The notes below the pieces were generated by a model. That model was not told the DNA's origin, did not search any database, and saw only the letters and a list, made by a program, of their open reading frames with translations. Source: Chiloscyllium plagiosum (Eukaryota). Taken from it: a stretch of DNA of 64,000 nucleotides. Below are positions 24,572 to 38,285 of the stretch, piece by piece. Location of the stretch: positions 67,420,588 through 67,484,587 of the forward strand of contig NC_057718.1 in assembly GCF_004010195.1 (NCBI RefSeq), given 5' to 3'. A program made the translations under genes and the position numbers. The stretch's first letter is position 1. Each line of letters starts with the position of its first letter.

Positions 24572-24694
24572 AGGAGAAAGTGAGGACTGCAGATGCTGGA
24601 AATCAGAGCTTAAAAATGTGTTGTTGGAAAAGTGCAGCAGGGCAGGCAGCATCAAAGGAACAGGAGAATCGACGTTTCGGGCATAAGCCCTTCT
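24572..24694 (-). mobile_element. Penelope-like terminal fragment (family A)
   Basis: 17 bp TSD tcaggtaact(g/a)tgaagt (24555-24571, 24695-24711). Confidence 0.85.
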
Positions 24695-25309
24695 TCAGGT
24701 AACTATGAAGTGCTATCTCAGTGCCTGGACTGAATCGCTGACATAAAGCTGTTGTGCTATTGATATTTGCTTCCTTGGCATGTAACTCAGTGCTAATACT
24801 TCTCCTTGGCTGGTTGCTTCCAGGAGATGACTGTTCAGGAACAATATCCCTAGTGAGGCACGGCCTCCATTGACAGTTGTCCTTCGGGAGCTTGAAATAA
24901 TGTGAAAACCAGTAATAGATATAGTGCCTGGAGTATAAGTGAGTGCAGGTTGGGCATCTTTCTGCACTCTCTACCCTCCAAGTTAGACTTACTAGACTTA
25001 TTGTTGCAGCCGTATTATATAGTAGTGTGTAAGAATTGAATAATCATAATTTCATTTAATGCCACTTGTATTCTATGCTGGATCTTGCTGTTTCCCTTAG
25101 GTGCAGGAATGCCAACTTTCATTTAGCTTCAAATAAGACTATGCAAATGAAATAATAGAGGTTGAGCCTTCAGAAAGCCCAGTTAATTTCTTTTAATACA
25201 CCTTTAGCAGAGAAATATGTTAACCTCAGGTATGTGCGAGTATACAAATCCATGCTGGCTTTTTCCAATTAGTTCATACTACTTATTGTGTGAAGGATAA
25301 ACACTAAAA

Positions 25310-25525
25310 GGTGTTTCAGTGAAGAGTCACCGGACACGAAACATTAACTCTGCTTTCTTCCCATAAATGTTGCCAGACCTGCTGAGTTTTGCCAGCAATT
25401 TAGATTAGATTAGATTACTTACAGTGTGGAAACAGGCCCTTCGGCCCAACAAGTCCACACCGCCCCGCCGAAGCGCAATTTCTGCTTTTATTTCAGAGAT
25501 CTTGTATCTGCAGTTCTTTGTTTTG
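25310..25525 (+). mobile_element. Penelope-like terminal fragment containing an HE1 3' tail insertion (25402-25474)
   Basis: Similar to 24300-24397; HE1 piece flanked by TSD gcaattt. Confidence 0.75.
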
Positions 25526-25838
25526 CTAAAGTTTTGTCACTTCCCAGTGATTTTTCAATAAAAACCATGAACTCTGAATATATCAAAGGAGACTGAATTC
25601 TGCTGCAAAGGGAGTAAAATGCTGTTGGCTGCATTCCATGATTGGTCTGGCTCTTCCTGTAACTAGGAAGGTCAATGTAAAATAAAGTCTCTCTGCAACA
25701 GAGTTTCCCAGATCTCTTAGGGAACATTAATAATTTAAACCTGCACTTCATACCTGTTTTCCAGACAAATTGATTCACTCAGTGGAAATAAAGCACAAAA
25801 AATGAAAACACACAGAATTTATTATGTCTCAAACAGTA

Positions 25839-26237
25839 TATGAGACCAGGTTATAGTCCAACTGCTCCTTCGTCAGGTAGATTGTGGAGTAGGATCACAG
25901 GGACACAGAATTAATAGCAAAAAGATCATGGAGTCATACAATTGATGCGATATATTGCATGAACCTAGATTGCTGTTAAGTCTTTCATCTTTTAGAATGG
26001 GTTGCAGGTTTCGATTCATTAATATGTAAATCCCAGAACTTCTTTCAAGTCATATTCCTGAGATAACTTCAGGTTTTATAAAAAAAAAGTCACTCTTTTT
26101 GATCCTACTCCACTAGCTACCTGACGAAGGAGCAGCGCTCCAAAAGCTTGTACTTCCAAATAAACCCATTGGACTATAAGCTGGTGTCATGTGATTTTTA
26201 ACTTTTTCCACCCCAGTCCAACACCGGCACCTCCACA
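25839..26237. mobile_element. Penelope-like fold-back (family B)
   Basis: Inverted ctccttcgtcaggtag / ctacctgacgaaggag arms; TSD tcaaaca(g/a)ta (25829-25838, 26238-26247). Confidence 0.8.
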
Positions 26238-26330
26238 TCAAACAATAGAAATATAGAAAATAGGAGTAGGACTAGGTCATTTGACCCTTCAAGTCTGCAT
26301 TGCCATTCATTATGATCATGACTGATCATC

Positions 26331-27288
26331 TGTTATGGACTAGGCCAGAGCACTCCAAACATTCTTAAGCAACAGCCCAGACCATAACTTTGCAATTTGT
26401 TTTAGATTTAGATTAGATTCCCTCCATTGTGGGAACAGGCCTTTTGGCCCAACAAGTCCACACAGACCCTCCGAAGAATAACCCACCCAGACCCATTCCC
26501 CTCTGACTAATATACCTGTAACAAATGGGTAATTTAGCATGGCCAATTCACCTAACCTGCACTTCTTTGGACTGTGGGAGGAAACCAGAGCACCCGGAGG
26601 AAACCCACACTGACACAGGGAGAATGTGCAAACTCCACACAGACAGTTGCCTGAGGCCAGAATCGAACCTGGGTCCTTGGTGTTGTGAAACAGCAGTGCT
26701 AACCACTGACCCACCGTGCCACCCCACATTTAGTAAGTGTACAGTAAAATTTACCCGGAGTGATTTAGCTAGGTTGACTAGCAGGTTTTAAAACAGACAA
26801 AAATTAATTCACAAAATTATGGAATGAAACAAAGAAGAGTATAGAATACCCACAGAACTCAGACTATTCCAAACTAGACTTTATTATACTGTTCTGAATA
26901 TACACAACAGTCCCAATAAACAAACACTAAACATAGAGTAAAACTGAAACAAAGGCTTACAGGTTGAAGTTATAAGGGGACAAGGAGAGAGAGTCTGGCA
27001 GCCTGTTTCCACACAGCTCCACAGCTGAACTCCATAACGTAAGCACTGAACTAAATTGCTCAGCTAGAAAGCTGGCCACGCCCCCTTGATTTATACAGGT
27101 TACTTCTAAAAACTTAAAAGCTTTGGCCTAAAGTCTCATTTGCTTACGTATAAACAAAATGACCTTTCAGCTCTGTACCAAACCAGTCAATTCAGAACCT
27201 GAGTGGTTTACGATCCCTCTGAAAACCTCGGACACAGTATCCCTGAGAAAAGGAACAGCTTTTAGAAAGAAGGACCAGTTTTGTGACA
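26331..27288. mobile_element. Solo LTR containing an HE1 SINE
   Basis: TGTTA...TGACA termini; 4 bp TSD catc (26327-26330, 27289-27292). Confidence 0.8.
26404..26724 (-). mobile_element. HE1-type SINE
   Basis: Complete head, body and agattag tail. Confidence 0.9.
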
Positions 27289-28604
27289 CATCCAACTCAG
27301 TAGCCTGTTTCCGTTTTTCCCATATCTTTTGATCCCTTTAGCTCCAAGTGCTGTATCCAACTCCTTCTTGAAATGTTTTTACTTTGAATGCTACTTGTGG
27401 TAACAAATTCTACAAGGTCACCACTCTCTAGGTGAAGAATTTTATCCTCATTTGAGCCCTAAATGATTTAGCCCATATCCATAGACTGGTCCTGGACAAC
27501 CATGTCATCAGAAACATCCTTCCTGCATCTACCCTGTCTAGTCCTGTTAGGAATGTATAGGTTTCTATAAGATCCCCCTCTCAATCTTCTAAATCCTATC
27601 TGATTCAACCTCTCCTCATACATCACTCCACCATCCCAAAAGTCAATCCAATAAGTCTTCACTGTACTTCCTCTGTAGCAAGAACATCTTTTCTCAAACA
27701 AAGAGATCAAAACTGCACACAATCTTCCAGATGCAGTCTCACCACCTGTCCCAATACAGCAAGACAATTCTGAGTACTCGGAACCCATCACTGCAAAGGA
27801 CAACAAACCATTTGACTTCTTGATGGACTGTTGAAGCTGAATGCTTAACTTCAATGAGTGGTGCATGATTTCACCTGGATCTCTTTGCACATTTCCTTCT
27901 CTCAATTTGTATATATTCATATAATAACCTGCTTTCCTGTTTTTGGTCTCATTTATCCACATTATACTGCATTCATCACACAATTGCCCACTTGTTCAGT
28001 TTGTTCAAACTATACTGAAACTTATCTGTAACCTCCTCACAGCTCACTCTCCCATCCAGTTTTGTGTCATCTACAAATCTGGAGATATATTAAATTTAGT
28101 TCCTTCATCTAAATTATTAACATATATTGTGCACAACCGAGATCCAAGGACAGATCCCATTAATCACTGACTGCTACTCAGAAAAAGACTCATTTATTCT
28201 TCTCTTTATTTCCTGTCTGCAAACCAGCTTTCTAGCCATCTCAATACACTAACCTAATCCCATTTGCTTTTAAGTTTACACATTAATCTCTTACGTGGGA
28301 CTTCACCGAAAGCTTTTTGAAAGTCCAAGTAAACCACATTCATTGTGCCCAGCTCATCTACTCTGAGTTACATCCTTGAAGAATTCCAGTACCTTTGTCA
28401 AGCATGATTTCCCTTTCATAAACCCATGCTGACACTGTTTGATCCTTTCTAAATGCCTAAATATTTCATAATGGACTGTAGCACTTACCCCACTACTAAT
28501 GTCTGACTCCCTGGTCTATAATTCCATTTTCTCTCTGCCTCCTTTTTTAAATAGAGGTGTTACATTCATCACGTCCAATCTTCAACATGTCCAATCTTCA
28601 TATT

Positions 28605-31600
28605 TTCATAGGTTCATAGTAATAGAAGCATGAGTAGACCATTTAGCCCAGCAGGTTTGCTCCACCATTCATTAAGATCATTGTCTCAAGTCCTCTTCCC
28701 TGCAATATCCTCATAAACTTTAATTCCCCAACCAGGCAAAATCCCATCCAACTCTGTCTTGAATATATTTAATGAAGCTGCCTCTAATGCTTCCTTGGGC
28801 AGAGAATTCCATAGATTCTCTAATCCATGGGAAAAGCAGTTCCTCCTCATCTCTATCCTAAATCTACACCCTTTAATCTTGAGGCCATGTCCCCCAGTCC
28901 TAATCTCACCCACCAGCGGAAACAATGTGCCTGCCTTTTGTCTCATCTACCCCTTCCATAATTTTATGTTTCTATAAGATCCCATCTCATTCTTCTAAAT
29001 TCGAGCAAATACAGTCTCAGGCAGCTCAATCTCTCCTCATAGGGAACCCCCCGCATCTCTGGAATCAACCTGGTGAATTTCCTCAGCACCGTCTCCAAAG
29101 CCAGTATATTCTTCCTCTGGTAAGGAGACTAGAACTGTGCACAATACTGCAGGTGCGGCCTCACCAACACCTTGTACAATTGCATTAGAACCTCCCTGCT
29201 CTTAAATTCAGTCCCTCCAGCAATGAAAGCCAATATTCTGTATGCCTTCCTGATTACCTGTTGCACCTGCAAATCAACTATTAGCAATTCATGTAGGAGC
29301 ACTCCGAAGTCCCTCTGCGCAACATGCTGCATTCTTTCACCATTTAAATAATACTCTGACCTGCTATTTTCATTTCTAAAGTGGATAACCTCGCATTTAC
29401 CAACATTGTACTCATCTGCCAAATCCTTGCCCACTCACTTAACCTTTCTAAATCTCTCTGCAGACCCGCCACATCCTCTGCACAGTCTGCCTTTCCACTC
29501 AATTTAGTGTCATCAGCAAATTTGGATGCATTACACTCAGTGTCCTCTTCCAAATCATTTATATATATCATGAACAGTTGTGGGCCCAACACTGACATCC
29601 TGCTCACCACTGATCTCCAACCAGAGAAACACCCATTTATCCCAACTCTCTGCTTTCAATTGGTTAACCAGTCCTCTATCCATGCTAGTATATTCCCCGC
29701 AACTCCATGCATTCTTATGTTATGGATGAGTCTTTTATGCGGGTCCTTTTCAAACACCTTCTGGAAATCCAAGTACACAATAGCCACCTGTCGCCCTCCA
29801 TCTACCATGCTCATTACATCCTCAAAGAACTCCAGTTAGTATGTCAAACATGGCCTTCCCTCCCTGAACCCATGCTGCATCTTTCCATCCAGACATCCCA
29901 CTATTTCTTCTTTGATGATAGCCTCCAGCATTTTCCTGACTACAGATGTTAAGTTAACTGGCCTATAATTACCTGCCTTTTGCCTACACCAGTTTTAAAC
30001 CAGCGGTGTAACATTCGCTGTCTTCCAGTCTGCCGGACGCTGCTCAAAGTCCAGTGAATCTTGGTAAATTAACACTAACGCATCTACTATAACTTTTGCC
30101 ATTTCTTTCAGCATGCTGAGATGCATTCCATTAGGACCAGGGGATTTATCTACCTTTAGACCCTCAAGTGTGCTCAACACTACTCCTTTAGTGATAACAA
30201 TTGATTTGAGTCCTCACCTCCAATTATATCCTTAACATAATTCTTTAGTAGGTTAAACGCATCTTCCACTGTGAAGACTAACACAAAATAATTATTCAAG
30301 ACCTCAACCATTTCAGCATTACCCAATGTTAATTCCCCTTTCTCATCCTGCAAGGAACCCATGTCTGCTTAAGCCACTATTTTCCGTTTTATATATTTAT
30401 AAAATCTTTTCCTACATGTTTTTATATTTGTGCTAAGTTTGCATTCATAATCTTTCCTTTCTTTCTTGCTTGCTTCATGGTTCTTTGCTGCTTTTTAGTT
30501 TTCCCAATCTTCCAGTTTCCCAATGCACTTGGCTGCTTTGTGAGCTGGAGCTTTTAATTAGATGTCTTCCTTTATTTCCTTGGTTATGCAAGGCTGGCTC
30601 TTCCAAACCTTGCTATCCTTGTTTCTGACAGGAATATACCTTCCATGAGCCCTGTAAGTGCTCCACTGTTCCACAACTGTTCCACCGTTTAACTTGTGTT
30701 CCCAGTCTAATTTAGCCAACTCCTTCCTCATCCCATTATAGTCTCCCTTGTTTAAGCATAACATCCTGGTTTTAGGTGATACTATTTCACCCTTCATTTG
30801 TATCTGAAATTTGATCATACTGTAATCACCCTTTCTGAGAGGATCCTTAACTACAAGATCATTAATTTTACAGGTTCGGTAATTATAGGTTCCGTAACAT
30901 GTTGTTCAAGAAAGTTTTCATGGATGACTTCTATTAACTCCTCTTCAAGACTGCCTCTACCAACATGATTCAGCCAATCAATGTGCATGTTAAAGTCCTC
31001 CATGACTACTGCCATTCCATTCTTACATGCATCAGATATTTCTTGATTGATTGCCTGTGCCACTGTAGCATTTTTATTGGGTGACGTATAGACTACTCCT
31101 ACCAGTGATTTCTTCCCCTTTCTATTTGTGATCTCCATCCAAATGGATTCAACATTTTGCTCCTTAGATTGTACGTTGTCTATCGCTATCACCCTAATCT
31201 CATCCTTAATTAAGAGCATGACCCCATCTCCTTACCTTCCTGCCTATCCTTCCTAATTACCTGATACCCTTGGATGTTTAATTCCCAGTCATCACCATCC
31301 TGCAACCACATGTCTGTAACGGGAACTAAATCATACTGCTTTGTACTGGTTTTCACAACAAGTTCATCGACTTTGTTTCAAATTATACGGGCATTCAGAT
31401 AAAGTGCCCTTATACTCATTGTCTCTTTAGAATCTAGCAATCTCCCTGTCTTTTGCATATGATTCTGTCACCCAATTTTATTTGTTTATTTTTTAACTTC
31501 TGTTCTATTCTCTGCATTACATCCTTCTGCCTTTCCGTCTAAACTCCCATCCCCTTGTCATTTTAGTCTCCCGTTCCTCACAATCTCTCTGCTCTTTGCA

Positions 31601-32205
31601 TCCACCCTTACACCAACTGCTGCATCTTCTGACCTAACATTCTGATTCCCAAGCCCTTGCCAAGCCAATTTAAAGCTTCCCCAACAGCTCCAGCAAGCCT
31701 GTCCACAAGGATATTGGTCCCCCTCGAGTTCAGGTGTAACTCATCCATTTTGTACAGGTCACACCTCAAAAGAGAACCCAGTGATCCACAAATCTGAAAC
31801 ACTGCCCCCTGCACCAAATCTTCAGCCATGCATTTGTCTTCCATTACTTCCTAATCTGGCACTCACTACCAGGTGGCAGCAACCCAGGAATTCCTACTCT
31901 CAAGGTCCTTTTTAACTTCCTTCCAAACTCACTAAATTCACTTTTCATGGCATTTCCTAGCGAGCCATTGGTACTGACATGTGACAATGACTTCTGACTG
32001 CTCACCCTCAGCTTTAAGAATGCCATAGACTTGATCTGAGACATCCCTGACTCCTGGCACTCAGGAGGCAACATACCATCCGGGAATCTTGTTCTCATCC
32101 ACAGAATTTTCTGTCTGTTCTCTTAACCAATGAATCTCCTATCACTATTGCTCTCCTCTTATCTCCCTTCCCTTCTGAGCCACAAGGCCAGACTCAATGC
32201 CAGAG
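28605..32205 (-). mobile_element. CR1 LINE with decayed ORF2 and part of the esterase-type ORF1
   Basis: VLGPQLFMIYINDL..SKFADDTK; KSPGPNGMH; APE VVMEDFN; ORF1 DLYKMDELHLNSRGTN. Confidence 0.9.
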
Positions 32206-35200
32206 AAACTGTTTCACTGTCTATCGAATCTTGCAATCAATGCATTCATTATTTCTTGGGTCACTTTCGTAACTTACATAGCTACCTGGACTAACCTCCT
32301 CCCACCCTGCCTCCTGTATCCCTTATTCCCAATTCCTCCTCCTACATCTGCTCCAGGAATTCCACCATAGAACATCCCAGATGGCCTCTTTCTTCAAAGA
32401 CCGCAATTTTCCCTCTCACATGGTCAACGATGCCCTCCAGCACCTCTCCTCCATTTCATGCACTGCTGCCCATGAATCCCAAACTTTCAATCGCAACAAG
32501 GACAGAACCCCTTCCAGTCATAGAGTCATAGAGTCATAGAAATGTACAGCATGGAAACAGACCCTTCGTTCCAACTCATCCATGCCGACCAGATATCCCA
32601 ACCCAATCTAGTTCCCACCTGCCAGCACCCGGCCCAAATCCCATCAATCCCTCCTATTCATATACCCATCCAGATGCCTTTTAAATGTTGCAATCGCACC
32701 AGCCTTCACCACTTCTTCTGGCAGCTCATTCCATACATATACCACCCTCTGCGTGAAAAAGTTGCTCCTCAGGTCTCTTTTATATCTTTCCCCTCTCACC
32801 CTGAACTAAGCCCTTTAGTTCTGGAATCCCCGACCCCAGGGAAAAGACTTTGTCTATTTATCCTATCCATCCACCTCATAATTTTGTAAACCTCTATAAG
32901 GTCACCCTTCAGCTTACAACACTCCAAGAAGAACAGCCCCAGCCTATTCAACTTCTCCCTATAGCTCAAATCCTCCAACCCTGGCAACATCCTTGTAATT
33001 CTTTTCTGAATCCTTTCAAGTTTCAGAACATTCTTCCGATAGGAAAGAGACCAGAATTACACGCAATATTCCAACAATGGCCTAACCGATGTCCTTTACA
33101 GCCGTAACATGACCTCCCAACTCCTGTACTCAATATTCTGACCAAGAAAGGAAATCATACCAAATGCCTTCTTCACTATCCTACCTACCTGCAACTCCAC
33201 TTTCAGGGAGCTATGAATCTGCACTCCAAGGTCTCTTTGTTCAGCAACACCCCCTGGGACCTTACTATTAAGTGAATAAGTCCTGCTAAGATTTGATTTC
33301 CCAAAATGCAACAACTCACGTTTATCTAAATTAAGCTCCATCTGCTACTTCTCAGCCCATTGGCCCATCTGATCAAGATCCTGTTGTAATCTGAGGTAAC
33401 CTTCTTCGCTGTCCACTACACTTCCAATTTTCATGTCATCTGCAAACTTACTGACTATACTTCTTATGATCACATCCAAATCATTTATATAAGTGATGAA
33501 AAGTAGTGGACCCAGCACCAATCCTTGTGGCACTCCATTGGTCACAGGCCTCCAGTCTGAAAAATATACTTACTACAACACCCTCTGTCTTCTACCTTTG
33601 AGCCAGTTCTGTATCTAAATGACTAGTTCTCCCTGTGTTCCATGAGATCTAACCTTGCTAATCAGTCTCCCATGGGGAGCCTTGTCAAACACCTTACTGA
33701 TGCCCATATAGATCACGCCCACCACTCTGCCCTCATGAATCAAAAACTCAATTGAGACATGATTTCCTACACACAAAGCTATGTTGACTATCCCTAATCA
33801 GTCCTTGCCTTTTCAAATACATGTACATGCTGTCCCTCAGGATTCCTTCCAACAACTTGTCCACCACCAACGTCAGGCTCACTGGTCTATAGTTTCCTGG
33901 CTTGTCCTTATCACCTTTCGTAAGCAATGGCACCATGTTAGCCAACCTCCAGTCTTCCAGCACCTCACCTGTGTCTATCAATGATACAAATATCTCAGCA
34001 AGAGGCCCAGCAATCACTTCTCTAGCTTCCCACAGAGTTCTAGGGTATATCTGATCAGGTCCTGGGGATTTATCCACTTTTATTAGTTTAAAGACATCCA
34101 GCACTTTCTCCTCTGTAATCTGGACATTTTTCAAGATATCTCCCTACATTCTAAATCTTCCATGTCCTTTTCCACAGTAAAGACTGATGCAAAATACTCC
34201 TGCAATTCCACACAAAGGCCGCCTTGCTGATCTTTGAGGGGGCCTATACTCTCCAAACCATTGGATTCTCCTTAACTCTATTCACCAAAGTTATCTCATG
34301 TCCCCTTTTTGCCCTCCTGATTTCCCTCTTAAGTATACTCCTACTGCCTTTATACTCTTCTAAGGATTCACTTGATCTATCATACCTGACATATGCTTCT
34401 TTCTTTTTCTTAACCAGACCCTCAATTTCTTTTGTCATCCAGCATTCCCTGTACCTACCAGCCTTTCCTTTCACTCTAACAGGAATATACCGTCTCTGGA
34501 TTCTCGTTATCTCATTTCTGAAGGCTTCCCATTTTCCAGCCATCCCTTTGCCTGCAAAAATCAGCTTTTGAAAGTTCTTGCTTAGTACCTTCAAAATTGG
34601 CCTTCCTCCAATTTAGAATTTCAACTTTTAGATCTGGTCTATCCTTTTCCATCACTATTTTAAAACTAACAGAATTATGGTCACTGGCCCCAAAGTGCTC
34701 CCCCACTGACACCTCAGTCACCTGCTCTGCCTTATTTCCCATGAGTAAGTCAAGTTTTGTAACTTCTCTAGTAGGTACATCCACAGACTGAATCGGAAAA
34801 TTTTCTTGTACACACTTAACAAATTCCTCTCCATCTAAACCCTTAACACTATGGCAGTTCCAGTCTATGTTTGGAAAGTTAAAATCCCCTACCATAACCA
34901 CTCTATTATTCTTACAGATAACCAAGATCTCCTTATAAATCTGTTTCTCAATTTCCCTCTGACTATTAGAGGGTATATAATACCTCACCTACCACCCCAC
35001 CAACCTCCATGTAAAACGTATCATCCGCCGTCATTTCCGCCACCTCCAAACGGACCCCACCACCAGGGATAGATTTCCCTCCCCTCCCCTATCAGCGTTC
35101 CGAAAAGACCACTCCCTCCGTGACTCCCTCGTCAGGTCCATTCCCCCCACCAACCCAACCTCCACTCCCGGCACCTTCCCCTGCAACCGCAAGAAATGCA

Positions 35201-35243
35201 AAACTTGCGCCCACACCTCCCCCCCTTACTTCCCTCCAAGGCC

Positions 35244-35355
35244 NNNNNNNNNNNNNNNNNNNNNNNNNNNNNNNNNNNNNNNNNNNNNNNNNNNNNNNNN
35301 NNNNNNNNNNNNNNNNNNNNNNNNNNNNNNNNNNNNNNNNNNNNNNNNNNNNNNN
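35244..35355. other. Assembly gap
   Basis: Run of N. Confidence 1.
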
Positions 35356-35540
35356 AAGATTGCAGGTTAGGAAGGCGGTACTGAGTTCGAGGGATTTGAC
35401 TGAGACAAGGTGGGGGGAGAGGAAATGAGGAAACTGGAGAACTCAGATTTCTCCTTCCACCTATCGCATTTCCAAAGCCCCTCCCCCAAGTCCCTCCTCC
35501 CTACCTTTTATCTTAGCCTGCTGGACACACTTTCCTCATT

Positions 35541-35572
35541 CCTGAAGAAGGGCTTATGCCCGAAACGTCGAT
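35541..35572 (+). ncRNA. Minimal hammerhead-ribozyme-like motif in a PLE terminal repeat
   Basis: CTGAAGA-A-GGGC-TTAT-GCCC-GAAA-CG-TC: conserved core boxes, 4 bp stem II, palindromic ACGT in place of stem III; stem I weak. Confidence 0.6.
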
Positions 35573-36970
35573 TCTCCTGTTCCTTGGATGCTGCCTGACC
35601 TTCTGCGCTTTTCCAGCAACACATTTTCAGCTCTGATCTCCAGCATCTGCAGTCCTCACTTTTTTCCCGGTATATAATACAATCCCAATACGGTAATCCT
35701 CCTTTCTTAATTCTCAGATCAACCCAAATAACTCCTCACCTTTCACCCCACCAACCTCTGGATATAGCGCATCACCCTCTGTCATTTCCACCACCTCCAA
35801 ACAGACTTCACCACCAGAAATATATTTCCCTTCCCACCCCTATCTGTGTTCTGGAGAGACCATCCCCTCTGCGATTCCTTTGTTAGGTTCACGTCCCCCA
35901 CCAACCCACCCTCCACTCCTGCCACCTTCCCCTGCCACTGCAAGAAGTGCAAAATTTGTGCCCACATATCCCTCTTCATTTCTGTGCAAGGCCCCAAAGG
36001 ATCCTTTCACATCTAACTGAGATTTACCTGTCCTTCAACATACATCATCTACTGTATCCTCTACACTGGGGAGACAAGATGCTAATTTACGGAACGTTTC
36101 AGAGAACATCTCTGGGATACACACACTAAACAATCCACTGCCTTGTGGCCACTTTGACTCATCCTCCAAGGACATGCAAGTCCTGGGCCTCCTCCATCAC
36201 CAAATTCTAACCACCCGATGCCTGGGGACCATCCAAACACACGGAATCAATGTGGATTTCACCAGTTTCCCCATTTCCCCTCCCATCACCTTATCCCAGA
36301 TCCAAACTTCCAACTCACCATGGCTCTCTTGATCTGTCCTATCTGTCCATCTTCCTTCCCACCTATCTGCTCCACCCTCCTCTCCAACATATCACCTTCA
36401 CCCTCACCTTCATCTACCTATAACATTCCCAGCTACCTTACCCCAGCCCCAACTCCCCTGCCATTTATCGCTCAGCCCCGTTGGGCTATACCTTCCCCCC
36501 ACCCTCCATCCCTGATAAAGAGCTTATGCTTGAAGTCTCGACTATCCTGCTCCTCAGATGCTGCCTGACCACCTATGCTGTTCCAGCATCACACTCTTCG
36601 ACTCTGATCTCCAGCATCTGTAGTCCTCACTTTCACTTTCTTAACTATTCTAGGATTACCAGACCCTGAGCATTTATCTGCTTTCAATGTCATCAATTAC
36701 CCCAATGTGTCTTTATTAGCTGAGGCACAGAACCTTTTTCTGTGCTGAAAACGTCTAAGACTATGCCACATTGTTTCCTTCAGTTTCTCCCTATCACTAT
36801 ACCCTGTGTTCTCCAACATTTCTAGTATGTGATTTGTGTCGTCCTTTGTGAATACAAAACCAAAGTACATATTAAGTTGGTCAGCAATTTTTCTTGTTTC
36901 TTATCATAAATTTCTCCTGTTTCTGACTGTAAGGAACCTACATTTGTCTTCACCAGTCTTTTTCTCTTCA

Positions 36971-37176
36971 TAGGGAGAAAGTGAGGACTGCAGATGCTGG
37001 AGATCAGAGCTGAAAAATGTGTTGCTGGAAAAGCGCAGGAGGTCAGGCAGCATTAAAGGAGCAGGAGAATCGACGTTTCGGGCTTATGAAGAAGGGCTTA
37101 TGCCCGAAACGTCGATTCTCCTGCTCCTTTGATGCTGCCTGACCTGCTGCACTTTTCCAGCAACACATTTTTCAGC
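36971..37176. mobile_element. Penelope-like fold-back (family A)
   Basis: ~80 bp inverted arms; 14 bp TSD tctttttctcttca (36957-36970, 37177-37190). Confidence 0.88.
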
Positions 37177-37963
37177 TCTTTTTCTCTTCACATACCTATA
37201 GAATCTTTTACAGTCAGTTTTTCCTGTCTAATTTGTATGCCTCTTCCTTCAATCTAATTTCCCCTGTGAAGCTGTGATTTGTTCACCCTTTCCATTTTAT
37301 TTTATGAATGAGCAACCATTGATTATTTACCATTACTTTTTCACCATCATCCCTTTAAGTAATGTTTTTCAATCCATCATAGTCAACTCATCCCATTGTA
37401 ATTTTCTCAATTTAGATTCAGGACTCTGATCTCCCCTGTCACTGCAAGGGGAGATCTGACCTTTGATGAAGAATTCTATCATATTATGGTCGCTCATCTC
37501 CAAGGGGCCTTGCACAACTAGATTGCCAATTAGTCCTTTCTGATTACACAATACCCAGTTAACGATGGGGTGTTCTTTAGTTGGTTCCTGAACATATTGG
37601 TCCAGAAAATCATTCAATATACACTCCAGGAATTCCTCATCCATGGTATTATTGCTAATTTGGTTTGCCAATCTATATTCAGATTAAATTCACAGATGCT
37701 CCTTTATTGAATCTATCTCTAATTTCCTGTTTAATCCATTCCCAACATCATCCCTACAGTTTAAGGGCATATATACCTCTCCCATTAATGTTTTTCACCT
37801 TTTAATGTTTCTCAGCTCTACCCGTACAAATTCCACATCATCGTAACTGATATCCTTGCTCACTATTGCATAATTTCCTCTTTAACCAGCAATACCACTC
37901 AACCACCTTTTCCCTTTTACCTATTCTTCCTAAATACTGATTACCACAAAATATTTAGTTCGT

Positions 37964-38285
37964 GGGCGGCACGGTGGCTCAGTGGTTAGCATTGCTGCCT
38001 CACAGCGCCAGAGACCCGGGTTCAATTCCCGACTCAGGCGACTGACTGTGTGGAGTTTGCACATTCTCCCCGTGTCTGCGTGGGTTTCCTCTGGGTGCTC
38101 CGGTTTCCTCCCACATTCCAAAGATGTGCAGGTCAGGTGAATTGGCCATGCTAAATTGCCCGTAGTGTTAGGTAAGGGGTAAATGTAAATGTAGGGGTTG
38201 GGGTATGGGTGGGTTGCGCTTCGGCGGGTCAGTGTGGACTTGTTGGGCTGAAGGGCCTGTTTCCACACTGTAATGTAATCTAATC
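37964..38285 (+). mobile_element. HE1-type SINE, full length and little decayed
   Basis: GGGCGGCACGGTGGCTCAGTGGTTAGC head, GGTTCAATTCC B box, taatc tail. Confidence 0.95.

Larger units (their letters stand above)
34984..35668 (+). mobile_element. Penelope-like element (family A) nested in HER1; contains a gap
   Basis: 12 bp TSD ggtatataatac (34972-34983, 35669-35680). Confidence 0.85.
32517..35733 (-). mobile_element. HER1/CR1 LINE (APE to tail), split by a PLE
   Basis: catagagt tail; RT and APE ORF fragments 32796-34988 (GVPQG..FADD; VGDFNFPNIDW). Confidence 0.92.
32275..36632 (+). mobile_element. Penelope-like element 3' part, split by the HER1 at 32517-35733
   Basis: 14 bp TSD tcactttc(g/t)taact (32261-32274, 36633-36646); endonuclease region and terminal repeat at 35735-36632. 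Confidence 0.85.

Noticed and set aside
26340..26791. Recurrent ORFs such as CLCGVCTFS / CGRKPEHPEETH in many places
   Set aside because: Spurious translations of HE1 SINE copies.
37964..38035. tRNA gene
   Set aside because: The A and B boxes belong to the HE1 SINE head and run straight into the SINE body and tail.
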